Shown: positions 1 to 10,756 of the stretch, one piece after another | Layout of the letters: each line of letters opens with the position of its first letter | Numbering within the stretch: the stretch's first letter is position 1 | From: Polaribacter sp. | GTDB lineage: Bacteria > Bacteroidota > Bacteroidia > Flavobacteriales > Flavobacteriaceae | Length of the DNA: 64,000 nucleotides | Assembly: GCA_020740485.1 (NCBI GenBank) | Contig: DYMN01000010.1 | Location: 9,974-73,973 of the forward strand | Direction: 5' to 3' | Position numbers and translations under genes: made by a program | The notes under the pieces: generated by a model | Told to the model about the DNA's origin: nothing | The model's database searches: none | What the model saw: only the letters and a program-made list of their open reading frames with translations

Positions 1-2
1 AA

Positions 3-380
3 AATGTTCAATTGATTTCCAAAAAAAAATTAAAAGAAGTATTGGGTCTTTCATTGATTCGATACTTAATTTTTTCGCATCAATATTATTTTTTACTTTT
101 CTTGTCTGATGTGCCACTATCCTATATTCAATCTATTAGCTTGATTTTTATAATGTATTTGGTAAGCTCATATTTGGGTGTAATGAATTTGTTTGATTTT
201 ATAATAAAAGGAAGTATAGGCATCTGGTTATTTTCTTTTTTCGATATAAATAATCAATTGATTTTCAGTATTTCTGTTGTGATGTGGGGATTAAATTTTC
301 TTTTTCCCGCCTTGACGGGATACGTTATACTCCTATTTTCAAAAAAAGAATGGTTTAATATTAAACCTATAAACAATTGA
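3..380 (+). CDS. integral membrane protein, C-terminal part (gene probably starts left of the window)
   Basis: The frame of track ORF 12..380 stays open back to nt 3. The translation is multi-pass hydrophobic. Its TGA overlaps the TTG start of the next gene (ttga 377-380). Confidence 0.45.
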   Translation, partial: NVQLISKKKLKEVLGLSLIRYLIFSHQYYFLLFLSDVPLSYIQSISLIFIMYLVSSYLGVMNLFDFIIKGSIGIWLFSFFDINNQLIFSISVVMWGLNFLFPALTGYVILLFSKKEWFNIKPINN

Positions 381-1510
381 ACACATACATTGCAATATTA
401 CTGATTATTATATCAACTTATTTAGGGCTCATTCTAACTTTAATCTGGGGGATTTTCAAAATTCCCATTTCTAAATCCCTAAATTTTAAATTAAAAAACC
501 GATTTAGCATTGTCGTTCCTTTTAGAAATGAAGCAGCTAATTTACCTGATTTATTACATAGTTTAATACATTTAAGCTATCCTAAAAATTTGTATGAAAT
601 TATTTTAGTAAATGATGCCTCAACAGACATTTACGGTAAAATTATTGAAATTTTTCAAAATCAAAATCCCGATGTAGCGATAGCATTAATTGAAAACCAA
701 CGTCAAAGTAATTCTCCAAAAAAAGATGCCATAAACACAGCCATAAAAGGCAATCATTTTGAATGGATTTTGACAACGGATGCAGATGGTGTATTAAATC
801 ATAATATTTTGCACGAGTTGAATAATTATATAGAACAACACCAACCTCACTTTATAGCGGGCTTAGTAAAAATGGAAGCTGATGATTCGATACTTCAACA
901 ATTTCAAAAGTGGGATTGGAATAGTTTGTTAGGATTTACATTAGCCGGTTTTGGTTTAAAAAATCCACTCATTTGCAGTGGGGCTTATTTATGTTATTCC
1001 AAAGAAGCATTTGAAAAAATAGACGGATTTTCCGGAAATGAACATATTGCAAGTGGTGATGATGTTTTTTTGTTACAAAAAATGAATCAATGGCAACCTG
1101 AAAAAGTGCATTTTATTTTTCAACCGGATATTGTCGTACAAACAAAACCGCTGAAAACATGGCATGAGCTCGTAGAACAAAGAAAAAGATGGATGTCTAA
1201 AACAGGTTCTGTTAAAAATAAGTTATTACAATTTTCAGGAATTGTAATTTGGCTCACGAATTTTATTTTTATAATAATCTGTTTTTTAATTGTTTATGAT
1301 TTTATTAATTGGCGTTTTTCACTTGCTTTTATCCTTGTAAAATGGAGTATTGATTTGATTTATTTAATTTTAATTAACAGAAAAATTAAAGAAAAAACAA
1401 ATTACATTTCTTTGATTATAAGTAATTTAATATATCCATTTTTCAGTATAGGTATTACTATTTTGTGGTTTTTCAAAGGATTTCAATGGAAAGAAAGAAC
1501 TTTCAAGTAA
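377..1510 (+). CDS. family 2 glycosyltransferase, membrane-anchored
   Basis: GT-A signatures FSIVVPFRNE, ILVNDASTD, TTDADG (DxD), SGDDVF and QRKRW (QxxRW-like), followed by C-terminal TM helices. Confidence 0.8.
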   Translation: MNTYIAILLIIISTYLGLILTLIWGIFKIPISKSLNFKLKNRFSIVVPFRNEAANLPDLLHSLIHLSYPKNLYEIILVNDASTDIYGKIIEIFQNQNPDVAIALIENQRQSNSPKKDAINTAIKGNHFEWILTTDADGVLNHNILHELNNYIEQHQPHFIAGLVKMEADDSILQQFQKWDWNSLLGFTLAGFGLKNPLICSGAYLCYSKEAFEKIDGFSGNEHIASGDDVFLLQKMNQWQPEKVHFIFQPDIVVQTKPLKTWHELVEQRKRWMSKTGSVKNKLLQFSGIVIWLTNFIFIIICFLIVYDFINWRFSLAFILVKWSIDLIYLILINRKIKEKTNYISLIISNLIYPFFSIGITILWFFKGFQWKERTFK

Positions 1511-1627
1511 AAAATTTGACCTTTATTAATAATATGATAGAAATCGAAAACGATTGCGCACAAAATTTAATTATTTATTAAAAAAAATAACTAAAAAATA
1601 ACTATTTTCGCAACTTTAAATCAACAA

Positions 1628-2614
1628 ATGCCAAAGAAGATTTTTAAATTAGGTGTACTTACTTCAGGTGGCGATGCCCCCGGAATGAACGCTGCCATAC
1701 GTTCAGTGGTAAGAACTTGTTCGCATTACAATATAGAATGTTATGGCATCTACCGCGGTTACGAAGGAATGATAGAAGGTGATTTTAAGTTAATGGAAGC
1801 TAGAAGCGTTAGTAACATCATTAATCGTGGTGGAACTATCCTGAAATCAGCCCGATCTCAAGAATTTAGAACGCCTGTGGGAAGAAAAAAAGCTTTTGAT
1901 AAATTACAAGAAGCCGAAATAGATGCGTTGGTTGTCATAGGTGGTGATGGAAGTTTTACGGGTGCTAAAATATTTAATGAAGAATTTGGGATACCTGTAA
2001 TTGGAATTCCCGGAACGATAGACAATGACATTTATGGCACAGATTATACCTTGGGATACGATACTGCATTGAATACAGTAGTTGAAGTCATAGATAAAAT
2101 CAGAGACACGGCAAGCTCACATAATCGTTTGTTTTTTGTAGAAGTAATGGGGCGCGATGCCGGATTTATAGCATTAAACGCAGGAGTTGGTGCAGGAGCA
2201 GAAGAAATTCTGATTCCCGAGGAAGATTTGGGATTAGATAGATTGTTGGAATCATTGCAACGTAGTAAACGCAGTGGAAAAGCATCAAGTATTGTCGTAG
2301 TGGCCGAAGGAGACAAAAATGGTAAAAACGTTTTTGAATTAGCAAAATATGTAGAGCAAAATATGCCCGAATACGAAGCGCGTGTTTCTGTATTAGGCCA
2401 CATGCAACGCGGGGGTTCACCATCCTGTTTTGACCGTGTTTTGGCAAGTAGAATGGGGGTTAGAGCCGTTGAATTGTTATTGGACGGTCATTCCAACTTA
2501 ATGGTCGGAATGAAGAATAATAAGATAGAAACCGTATCACTCGAAAAAGCCATCAAAGGCTCCAATCATATTGACAAGGAACTAATTAGGGTTTCCGGAA
2601 TAATGGGAGTCTGA
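1628..2614 (+). CDS. pfkA: ATP-dependent 6-phosphofructokinase
   Basis: N-terminus GVLTSGGDAPGMNAAIR, then GGDGS, IPGTIDND and VEVMGRDAG motifs; 328 aa. Confidence 0.95.
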   Translation: MPKKIFKLGVLTSGGDAPGMNAAIRSVVRTCSHYNIECYGIYRGYEGMIEGDFKLMEARSVSNIINRGGTILKSARSQEFRTPVGRKKAFDKLQEAEIDALVVIGGDGSFTGAKIFNEEFGIPVIGIPGTIDNDIYGTDYTLGYDTALNTVVEVIDKIRDTASSHNRLFFVEVMGRDAGFIALNAGVGAGAEEILIPEEDLGLDRLLESLQRSKRSGKASSIVVVAEGDKNGKNVFELAKYVEQNMPEYEARVSVLGHMQRGGSPSCFDRVLASRMGVRAVELLLDGHSNLMVGMKNNKIETVSLEKAIKGSNHIDKELIRVSGIMGV

Positions 2615-2690
2615 TAAAGTAAAAAGGTAAAAGGTAAAAGTTGAAACCCGATATCTATCGGGACAATAATAAATAATCAATAATTAATAA

Positions 2691-3695
<1,005 letters not shown>

Positions 3696-3753
3696 AAATT
3701 TAAAAGGTAGAAGGTAAAAGGTATAAATCATTCTATCATTAAATCATAAAAGA

Positions 3754-4011
3754 ATGTTTAAATTACTCTTATTAAGTGCCGGAATTTTAGGCTTAGCGAT
3801 GGCTGGATTAGCTATCAAAATTTGGGCAAAAAAAGACGGTGAATTCGAAGGAACATGTGCTTCAAAAAATGTAAAATTAAAAGCACAAGGCATTGGATGC
3901 GCCTGTGGCGGACACGGCGCTTGCCAAAATGAAGGCAAACACGATCATGACCACGACCATGATCATGATGAGTTTGAACAACGCATTTTTGTAAAATCCG
4001 TTAAACGATAA
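3754..4011 (+). CDS. small single-pass membrane protein with a Cys4 cluster and (His-Asp)5 tail
   Basis: TM helix LLLLSAGILGLAMAGLAI, Cys pattern GTCAS...GCACGGHGAC, and HDHDHDHDHD encoded at 3940..3969. It loosely resembles NqrM/DUF539-type proteins, which I cannot verify here. Confidence 0.5.
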   Translation: MFKLLLLSAGILGLAMAGLAIKIWAKKDGEFEGTCASKNVKLKAQGIGCACGGHGACQNEGKHDHDHDHDHDEFEQRIFVKSVKR

Positions 4012-4012
4012 T

Positions 4013-5113
4013 TTGGAATTTTTCCTAATCATTTCATTAGCCGTAATAACCTTACTACAAGTAGGTTATTACGGCTTTTTCTTTTTTAAATTTGCCTATT
4101 CTAAATCAACTCATTTTCCGGAATTCAATAAACCGGTCTCAGTAATTATTTCGTGTCATAATGAATACGAACCTATAAAAGAAAACTGGGAAAAATGGTT
4201 TCATCAAGACTATATAGTATTTGAAATCATCTTGATAGATGATGCTTCGACCGATAGAACTTGGGAAATCATTCAAAGTTTAGCATCGCAATTTGAGAAT
4301 GTAAAAGCAGTACAAATACCAAAAGATGTAAATTATAGAGGAAATAAAAAAAATGCGCTTACGATAGGTATTCAAAAGGCAAAATACGAATATTTGTTAT
4401 TCACAGATGCAGATTGCATTCCGGCATCCCATCAATGGATTAAGGAAATGAGTAAAGGATTTATGGATGGGAGAAATATCGTTTTGGGTTATGGGAAATA
4501 TGCAACAAACAAGGGTTTTCTCAATAAAGTCATTCGATATGAAACATTACTAACTGCTTGGCAGTATTTCAGTTATGCTATTCACGAGCAAGCCTATATG
4601 GGTGTAGGTAGAAATTTGGCTTATACCAAAAATTTATTTCAACAAAACAACGGATTTCAAAGCCATACTACAATTCGTTCCGGTGATGATGACTTATTCG
4701 TAAGCCAAAATGCCACAAAAACCAATGTTTCCGTCGTTTGTAATTCCGAGAGCTTTACCATTTCAACCCCTAAAAATAGGTGGAAAGAATGGATACAGCA
4801 AAAACGCAGACACATCACCACGGCAACAACATACAAAAGTTTTCATCAATTTCTATTAGGGCTATTTTATCTAAGTCAATTCTTATTCTACTTTATAAGT
4901 ATTTATTTGATTTTATTAAACAAGCATACTGCTTTAGTAATTTTTATAGTAATTTTACGTTTTCTTGCTTATTATTTTACATTGATTCCGGTCGCTAAAA
5001 AACTCAAAGAAAAGGATTTGATTCTCTTTGCACCGGTTTTAGAATTATTTTTGATAGTATTTCAAGGCATAGTTTTTGTAATGAACACCGTTAGCAAACC
5101 CAAAAATTGGTAA
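4013..5113 (+). CDS. family 2 glycosyltransferase, membrane-anchored
   Basis: VSVIISCHNE, ILIDDASTD, FTDADC (DxD), SGDDDLF and QQKRR motifs with C-terminal TM helices. The TTG start lies just after the previous stop. Confidence 0.8.
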   Translation: MEFFLIISLAVITLLQVGYYGFFFFKFAYSKSTHFPEFNKPVSVIISCHNEYEPIKENWEKWFHQDYIVFEIILIDDASTDRTWEIIQSLASQFENVKAVQIPKDVNYRGNKKNALTIGIQKAKYEYLLFTDADCIPASHQWIKEMSKGFMDGRNIVLGYGKYATNKGFLNKVIRYETLLTAWQYFSYAIHEQAYMGVGRNLAYTKNLFQQNNGFQSHTTIRSGDDDLFVSQNATKTNVSVVCNSESFTISTPKNRWKEWIQQKRRHITTATTYKSFHQFLLGLFYLSQFLFYFISIYLILLNKHTALVIFIVILRFLAYYFTLIPVAKKLKEKDLILFAPVLELFLIVFQGIVFVMNTVSKPKNW

Positions 5114-5114
5114 A

Positions 5115-5675
5115 ATGTCCAAAAAAGACGTTTCACATATTGTAATACAAGCAAAGTCCGGCAATCAAGCCGCTTACACCCAATTACTACATCTTTTTTG
5201 GGGAGATGTGTTTCGTTTTTTGAATGCCAAATGTCGCAATGACTACGAAGCCGAAGATTTGACGTTGAAGACTTTTGCAAAAGCATTTGATAAATTAGAT
5301 TTGTACGACATAGAGATGTCTTTTAAAAATTGGCTACTTACTATTGCCAATAATTCGTATATTGATTTTATGCGAAGTCAACAAAATATGCCGGAAGAAA
5401 CAGATATAGAAAAAGAAAATGTTCTAAAAATCCCTGATAATACCCTTTCGCCTGAAGATCAAATTATTCAAGAACAACAATTGGCAATTTTATTGCAACA
5501 AATCAAAAATTTAAAACCACATTATAGAGAAATCATATATTTGCGTTATTTTCAAGAATATTCACTCAAAGAAATTTCGGAAGAATTAAAAGAACCCATG
5601 AGCAATGTAAAAGTTAAACTAATGAGAGCCAGAAATTTACTGAGTGAAATGATATTGAAAGAAAAAAGAAAATAA
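5115..5675 (+). CDS. RNA polymerase sigma-70 family (ECF-type) sigma factor
   Basis: Region 2-like WLLTIANNSYIDFMR and region 4 HTH YSLKEISEELKEPMSNVKVKLMRAR; 186 aa. No anti-sigma gene is adjacent. Confidence 0.8.
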   Translation: MSKKDVSHIVIQAKSGNQAAYTQLLHLFWGDVFRFLNAKCRNDYEAEDLTLKTFAKAFDKLDLYDIEMSFKNWLLTIANNSYIDFMRSQQNMPEETDIEKENVLKIPDNTLSPEDQIIQEQQLAILLQQIKNLKPHYREIIYLRYFQEYSLKEISEELKEPMSNVKVKLMRARNLLSEMILKEKRK

Positions 5676-5713
5676 ACCCAACATTAAAAACAAGCGACCA
5701 AAGACTAACGACC

Positions 5714-6178
5714 ATGAAACGAGCCATTTTTCCGGGTTCTTTTGACCCAATTACCTTAGGACACGAAGATATTGTGCAAAGAGCCGATGATTTATTTGAT
5801 GAAATTATAGTAGCTGTTGGGAACAATACAGATAAGAAATACATGTTTTCAACTCAAGAAAGATTAGCATTTATCGAGGCAACTTTCAAAAATTATCCTA
5901 AAGTAAAAGTGATGTCATTTGAAGGATTAACCATTGATTTTGCAAAAAAAATTAATGCCGGATACATTTTGCGAGGCTTGCGCAATCCGGCAGATTTTGA
6001 ATTTGAAAAAGCCATAGCACAGACCAACAGAAAATTATCAGGCATAGAAACGGTGTTTCTGCTTACGGCTTCCGGTAAATCTTATATCAGTTCAAGTATT
6101 GTACGCGATGTTTACCGACACGGTGGAGATATTTCAGCACTGATACCGGAAAGTGTGGTTAAAATGATTTTAAAATAA
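5714..6178 (+). CDS. coaD: phosphopantetheine adenylyltransferase
   Basis: FPGSFDPITLGHEDIV nucleotidyltransferase motif, RGLRN, ISSSIVR; 154 aa. Confidence 0.93.
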   Translation: MKRAIFPGSFDPITLGHEDIVQRADDLFDEIIVAVGNNTDKKYMFSTQERLAFIEATFKNYPKVKVMSFEGLTIDFAKKINAGYILRGLRNPADFEFEKAIAQTNRKLSGIETVFLLTASGKSYISSSIVRDVYRHGGDISALIPESVVKMILK

Positions 6179-6203
6179 ATTAATAGATTTTATTAAAATA
6201 TTA

Positions 6204-6211
6204 TACTTTTG
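6204..6211 (+). promoter_or_regulatory. candidate Bacteroidota -7 promoter box (TAnnTTTG) upstream of ssrA
   Basis: tacttttg lies about 85 nt upstream of the mature tmRNA 5' end, so a precursor needing 5' processing is implied. Confidence 0.35.
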
Positions 6212-6296
6212 CAATCCCAATAAGTTTTGTGTTTTACATTTCAAGTTTTATATTTAATAACTTGAAACATTAAACATTGAACCTTAAACAAATAAA

Positions 6297-6690
6297 GGGG
6301 ACGACCGGTTTTGACAGCAAGGTCAGGCGGACGGTAAGCATGCCGAGTAATGAAAACGCACTCGTAAATCTCATTTTCAAAAATTAAACGGCGAATCTAA
6401 TTACGCATTAGCTGCTTAATCTGAATCAAGTAGGATTTTAAGCCACGCCACGCGGAATGTGTGGGGCTGATTGTCACTCGAAAGCTTTGGTTTACAGCGT
6501 TTGATAAAGTGGCATCGTAAAAGTAAACATAGGAATCGAATTGCTTCGTGATGGTTCCGAAATAACAGAAGATAAGCTTTAAGTAGGTTGTTCTTGGTCA
6601 GCTTAAGGTCGAAAATTAATTGAGAAATAAGCATGTAGAAAGCCCTTCGGTTGCTTGTTTGGACGCGGGTTCGATTCCCGCCGTCTCCAC
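6297..6690 (+). ncRNA. ssrA: tmRNA (transfer-messenger RNA)
   Basis: 5' ggggacg pairs with 3' cgtctcc (6682..6688), giving the G3:U alanine identity pair, followed by discriminator A. A T-arm gggttcgattccc is present. The tag ORF ggc gaa tct aat tac gca tta gct gct taa (6390..6419) encodes GESNYALAA. CCA is not fully encoded (caa). Confidence 0.95.
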
Positions 6691-6707
6691 AAAACACTCC
6701 TTAAAAG

Positions 6708-6732
6708 TCCCGCTCAGGCGGGATTTTTTTTG
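6708..6732 (+). terminator. intrinsic terminator after ssrA
   Basis: tcccgc-tcag-gcggga hairpin followed by T8. Confidence 0.8.
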
Positions 6733-6886
6733 TTTGCGTTGATAGTAAAGTTGATAAATATTGAAAAAACTTTAATTTTGTTTTTCGAAACAACTATATT
6801 ATTTTTTCCTTTATTATTCGCTCACCTTAATAAATAGGCATAAAGAAATGCATCATAAGAAAACAAAATAAATCTATAGTACAAAC

Positions 6887-7594
6887 GTGTCACAATTTCA
6901 ATTTAAACAATTTACCATACATCAAAGCAGAACGCCGATGAAAGTAGGAACCGACGCTATGATACTCGGCGCATGGACTGATGTAAACCATGTGGACACT
7001 ATCTTAGATATTGGTACCGGAACAGGTGTTTTAGCCCTAATGTTAGCGCAACGATGCGATGCTATGACTATAGATGCTGTTGAAATTGTTGCTGATGCCT
7101 ACGAAGAAGCGGTAGAAAACTTTGAAAATTCCCCTTGGAGCGACAGGTTATTTTGTTATCATGCTTCTGTGCAAGAGTTGGCAGCAGCAACTGATGAAGG
7201 TTATGATGTGATTATTTGTAATCCTCCGTATTTTCCTCCGTCAAAAATAAAAAGTTACAATGGAAGAACGCTGGCAAGAGAAACGCATTTGTTGAATCAT
7301 CTCACCCTTTTGAAAAACACCAAAAAACTTTTATCACCAAATGGTACTTGTGCTTTTTCAATTCCTTTTGAAATAGAGTCTTTCTTTATAGAACTCGCTC
7401 AAAATATGGGTTTATATTTACAACGTAGAATGAGAATGCGTGATAAAATGGAGAATGAACCGGTAAGAAGTTTCCTTCAATTTGGGTTTAACAAAAAAGA
7501 AGTAGCAGACAATATTCTAACTTTAAAAGAAGCTGATAATTCATATACTGAGCAATACAAAGATTTAACCAAAGAATTTTATATTTTATTTTAA
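6887..7594 (+). CDS. tRNA1(Val) (adenine37-N6)-methyltransferase-like SAM methyltransferase (YfiC/TrmN6 type)
   Basis: SAM motif LDIGTGTGVLALML and N6-adenine motif ICNPPYF; N-terminus FKQFTIHQ...MKVGTDAMILGAW; GTG start. Confidence 0.75.
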   Translation: MSQFQFKQFTIHQSRTPMKVGTDAMILGAWTDVNHVDTILDIGTGTGVLALMLAQRCDAMTIDAVEIVADAYEEAVENFENSPWSDRLFCYHASVQELAAATDEGYDVIICNPPYFPPSKIKSYNGRTLARETHLLNHLTLLKNTKKLLSPNGTCAFSIPFEIESFFIELAQNMGLYLQRRMRMRDKMENEPVRSFLQFGFNKKEVADNILTLKEADNSYTEQYKDLTKEFYILF

Positions 7595-7634
7595 AAAAAT
7601 TAAATTTGTACGTTGAATAATACCTGATCAGGTA

Positions 7635-7662
7635 AAAAGTAAAATACAAGTTCTACTTGTAT
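7635..7662 (-). terminator. probable terminator of the hexapeptide-repeat gene
   Basis: Hairpin atacaagt-tct-acttgtat (7644..7662) is followed on the minus strand by a T-rich run. A 14-bp palindrome tacctgatcaggta (7621..7634) lies next to it. Confidence 0.45.
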
Positions 7663-7703
7663 GAAGGATTCATCTGACAAATACAATTTTTTGGATTAAC
7701 TCG

Positions 7704-8213
7704 TTATTTATACCAAGATGCATACATCAAATAACTTTCAGCAATGCGCTCTATTTCTCCAGAAATCAGCTCTTGTGAAATGTCCTTGACCTTTACCGCA
7801 GGAATACCGGCATAAATACTTCCACTTTCCACAATGGTGCCTTTGGTGACTACAGCGCCGGCAGCAATGATAGAATTAGAGTTAATTACGGCATCGTCTA
7901 ATACGACGGCATTGATGCCTATCAGTACATTGTCGTGGATGGTGCAACCGTGTACTGTAGCATTATGAGCTATGGAAACGTTGTTGCCAATGTTGGTTGC
8001 CGATTTTTTATACGTGCCGTGAATCACGGCGCCATCTTGCACATTCACTCTATTGCCCATTTTGATGTAATTTACATCCCCACGAATCACCGCGTTAAAC
8101 CACACGCTACATTCATCGCCCATCGTTACATCACCTACAACTACACTGTTTTCAGCAAAAAAACAATCCTTTCCTTGCTGTGGCGTTTTTCCGTTTACTG
8201 TTTTAATAATCAT
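7704..8213 (-). CDS. gamma carbonic anhydrase family / hexapeptide-repeat (LbH) protein
   Basis: Left-handed beta-helix hexapeptide repeats (VVGDVTMGDECSVWFNAVIRGDVN...); 169 aa, typical YrdA/PaaY size. Confidence 0.8.
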   Translation of the reverse strand: MIIKTVNGKTPQQGKDCFFAENSVVVGDVTMGDECSVWFNAVIRGDVNYIKMGNRVNVQDGAVIHGTYKKSATNIGNNVSIAHNATVHGCTIHDNVLIGINAVVLDDAVINSNSIIAAGAVVTKGTIVESGSIYAGIPAVKVKDISQELISGEIERIAESYLMYASWYK

Positions 8214-8217
8214 TCTT

Positions 8218-8775
8218 TTAAATTTTAAATCCTAATGTAACGTGGACTATCCCGAACTTTTCTTTGTCTTTAAAATCCGAAGACTGTTGTTTCAGACCTG
8301 CATGAACGTAATTATAGGTCAATTGACCGTAAAATTGGTCTATGAAATCATAACTTAAGCCGGCACCAACATTAAATCCGGTAAAACCTTGCTGACCTAA
8401 CCCGTTTTTGTATTTGTAAAATGTAAATCCGGCATCGGTGTAGAGTTTTGCTTTTTGCATTGCATCTATGTTTACTTTCAAAACACCGTTGATATGACTC
8501 ATTACAAAATTGATTTTGACCGGATTGGAATATTCGTATTTTTGATACGTTTGATTACTGTCAAACTTATATTCTATACCATAATTTGCAAATTCACTGT
8601 CCGTAAAAATAAATTGGAATGCTCCACCGAAAATACCGTCAACTTGAGGATAGTTATTTTTTTCATTCGGAATAGTAAAAGGATAATGAATTTCTGCATT
8701 AATTCCGGATTTTTGAGCATTTGAAAACAAGCTTGTTGTAATCAACAAAAGGGAAATAACATTTTTACTTAACAT
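8218..8775 (-). CDS. small outer-membrane beta-barrel (porin-family) protein
   Basis: Signal peptide MLSKNVISLLLITTSLFSNAQ and alternating aromatic/Gly beta-strand pattern; 185 aa. Confidence 0.6.
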   Translation of the reverse strand: MLSKNVISLLLITTSLFSNAQKSGINAEIHYPFTIPNEKNNYPQVDGIFGGAFQFIFTDSEFANYGIEYKFDSNQTYQKYEYSNPVKINFVMSHINGVLKVNIDAMQKAKLYTDAGFTFYKYKNGLGQQGFTGFNVGAGLSYDFIDQFYGQLTYNYVHAGLKQQSSDFKDKEKFGIVHVTLGFKI

Positions 8776-9138
8776 GGTACTATCTTTAAAAATTGATTAG
8801 ATAATTTTGGGAATAAAAAAACATGTTAATTTTAATACTATTAAGGTTTTAATAAATCCATCGGCTTAAATAGCTGACGATTAACCCAATTAAAAATTCC
8901 ATGTTTATTCAGATAGAATTATTTTGTAAAAATAAAAAAAATGTTTAAAGTTTAGCGTTAATACAGCTCAATTTCAATGATTCTAAGATTATCAAGTGGT
9001 TTGAAAGTCAAGGTTCTTTAATATTATTGATAGGATTAATGATTTTTAATTTTTTATTATGATATTTGTTTGCTTAAATTTTTTAAAAAAAGGAATCAGT
9101 CAAATCCTTTATAACTATTAAAAAACTTATAACTTTCC

Positions 9139-9630
9139 ATGAGCAACACCTATTTTCACGAAGAACTTTTCTATTCTGCCGACAATGATATAAAAGACGG
9201 CTTTCTCGATGCTGCTGTTCAAAAATTAGAGCAAATCATTGAGGAAGATCCGAGTTTTGGGAAAGCCTATAACCATTTGGGCTGGCTCAATGAAACTAAA
9301 TTTAAAAATTATCCTGAAGCAGAGCGTTTCTATAAATTAGCCATCACACATGCCCCCAATTATAGTGCAGGATTTACAAACTATGCATTTTTTCTCTCTT
9401 CATTGCACCGTTTTGATGAGTTACAAATATTGTTGGATGCAGCAATCAACGTTCCCGGCATCGACAAATCTACTATTTACAACGAATATGGAATTATGTT
9501 TGAACTCAAAGAGCAATTTGAATCCGCGATAGATTATTATAAAAAATGTATCAAAACCACCCTGAATAAAGACACCATGAATCTCGCTATGGAATCTATT
9601 GAAAGATGTAAAACTAAGATGAGTTTGTAA
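9139..9630 (+). CDS. tetratricopeptide-repeat protein
   Basis: TPR-like repeats (GKAYNHLGWL..., AERFYKLAITHAPNY, AIDYYKKCI). Confidence 0.55.
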   Translation: MSNTYFHEELFYSADNDIKDGFLDAAVQKLEQIIEEDPSFGKAYNHLGWLNETKFKNYPEAERFYKLAITHAPNYSAGFTNYAFFLSSLHRFDELQILLDAAINVPGIDKSTIYNEYGIMFELKEQFESAIDYYKKCIKTTLNKDTMNLAMESIERCKTKMSL

Positions 9631-9640
9631 AAAAAATTAT

Positions 9641-10753
9641 ATGCCAAGAATAGTTGTGTCCGTATCCAATGATTTAGTGACTGATCAGCGCGTAAGGAAA
9701 GTTTGTCAAACACTTTTTGATAATGGTTACGATATATACCTGATAGGTAGAAAACTTCCCGATAGTCTTACAATGGACAGACCTTACAAAGTACATCGAA
9801 TGAATCTTTTTTTTCGGAAAAAAGTTTGGTTCTATGCTGAACTAAACATCCGACTGTTTTTCAAATTACTCTTTACAAAAAAGGATATTTTACTTGCCAA
9901 TGATTTAGATACTTTATTACCCAATTATATTATTTCCAAGATATTTAGAAAAAAACTAGTCTATGATTCTCACGAATTTTTTACTGAAATTCCTGAATTG
10001 ATACATCGACCTCAGGTTCAAAATGTATGGCTCAATATTGAAAAGTACATTTTTCCTAAGCTAAAAAACGTTATTACGGTCAACCACAAGATCGCAAGTA
10101 TTTATCATGAGAAATACAATGTTCCGGTGCACATCATCCGCAATATTTCACCCAAAATTGAGAAACGAAATATAGATTCTGATAAAAAAAATCAAATGGC
10201 TAACGGAAAGAAAATACTAATCCTACAAGGTTCCGGCATCAACAGAGACCGTGGAGTTGAAGAAGCCGTTACAATGATGCAACATGTTGATATTGCGGTT
10301 CTTATAATTATTGGAAGTGGAGAAGTTATTCCAGATTTAAAGAAATTTTGTAAAGAAAAAAAATTGGAAAACAAGGTTAAATTTATTGGTAAATTGCCTT
10401 ACCCTGAGCTGATTGAATATACCCAAATGGCTGACTTGGGACTTTCATTGGACAAAGGAACCAACCTAAATTACGAATACAGTTTACCCAACAAAATTTT
10501 TGATTATATTCAATGCAATGTCCCTTTAATGGTTTCCAACAGAAGATTAGTGGCAGAAATTGTGAAGCAACATCAAATCGGATTTGTTTTTTACGACCAC
10601 AATCCAATCGAAATGGCAAAATTAGTAAACAACGCGCTTACTGATGAGATTCAATATGAAAAATGGAAAAAGAATTTGCAAGAAATTGCTTCAATTTACA
10701 CTTGGGAAAACGAATCCAAAAAATTATTAGATATCTATCAAAATTTGAAATAA
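9641..10753 (+). CDS. GT-B fold glycosyltransferase (GT4-like)
   Basis: 370 aa. The C-terminal half shows the EX7E-type region (LSLDKGTNLNYEYSLPNKIFDYIQCNVPLM). Confidence 0.7.
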   Translation: MPRIVVSVSNDLVTDQRVRKVCQTLFDNGYDIYLIGRKLPDSLTMDRPYKVHRMNLFFRKKVWFYAELNIRLFFKLLFTKKDILLANDLDTLLPNYIISKIFRKKLVYDSHEFFTEIPELIHRPQVQNVWLNIEKYIFPKLKNVITVNHKIASIYHEKYNVPVHIIRNISPKIEKRNIDSDKKNQMANGKKILILQGSGINRDRGVEEAVTMMQHVDIAVLIIIGSGEVIPDLKKFCKEKKLENKVKFIGKLPYPELIEYTQMADLGLSLDKGTNLNYEYSLPNKIFDYIQCNVPLMVSNRRLVAEIVKQHQIGFVFYDHNPIEMAKLVNNALTDEIQYEKWKKNLQEIASIYTWENESKKLLDIYQNLK

Positions 10754-10756
10754 AGT

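Noticed and set aside
3940-3969. (HD)5 coding repeat as a slippage-prone, phase-variable tract.
   Set aside because: The codons alternate (cac/cat, gat/gac), so there is no perfect DNA microsatellite. Phase variation is unlikely.
6416-6837. ORFs 6416..6697 (-) and 6655..6837 (+).
   Set aside because: They overlap the tmRNA gene and its terminator. The region is explained by ssrA, which has an acceptor stem, T-arm and tag ORF.
6693-6886. Possible genomic island integrated at the 3' end of ssrA.
   Set aside because: There is no integrase and no duplicated ssrA 3' segment. Only 190 bp separate ssrA from the next housekeeping gene.
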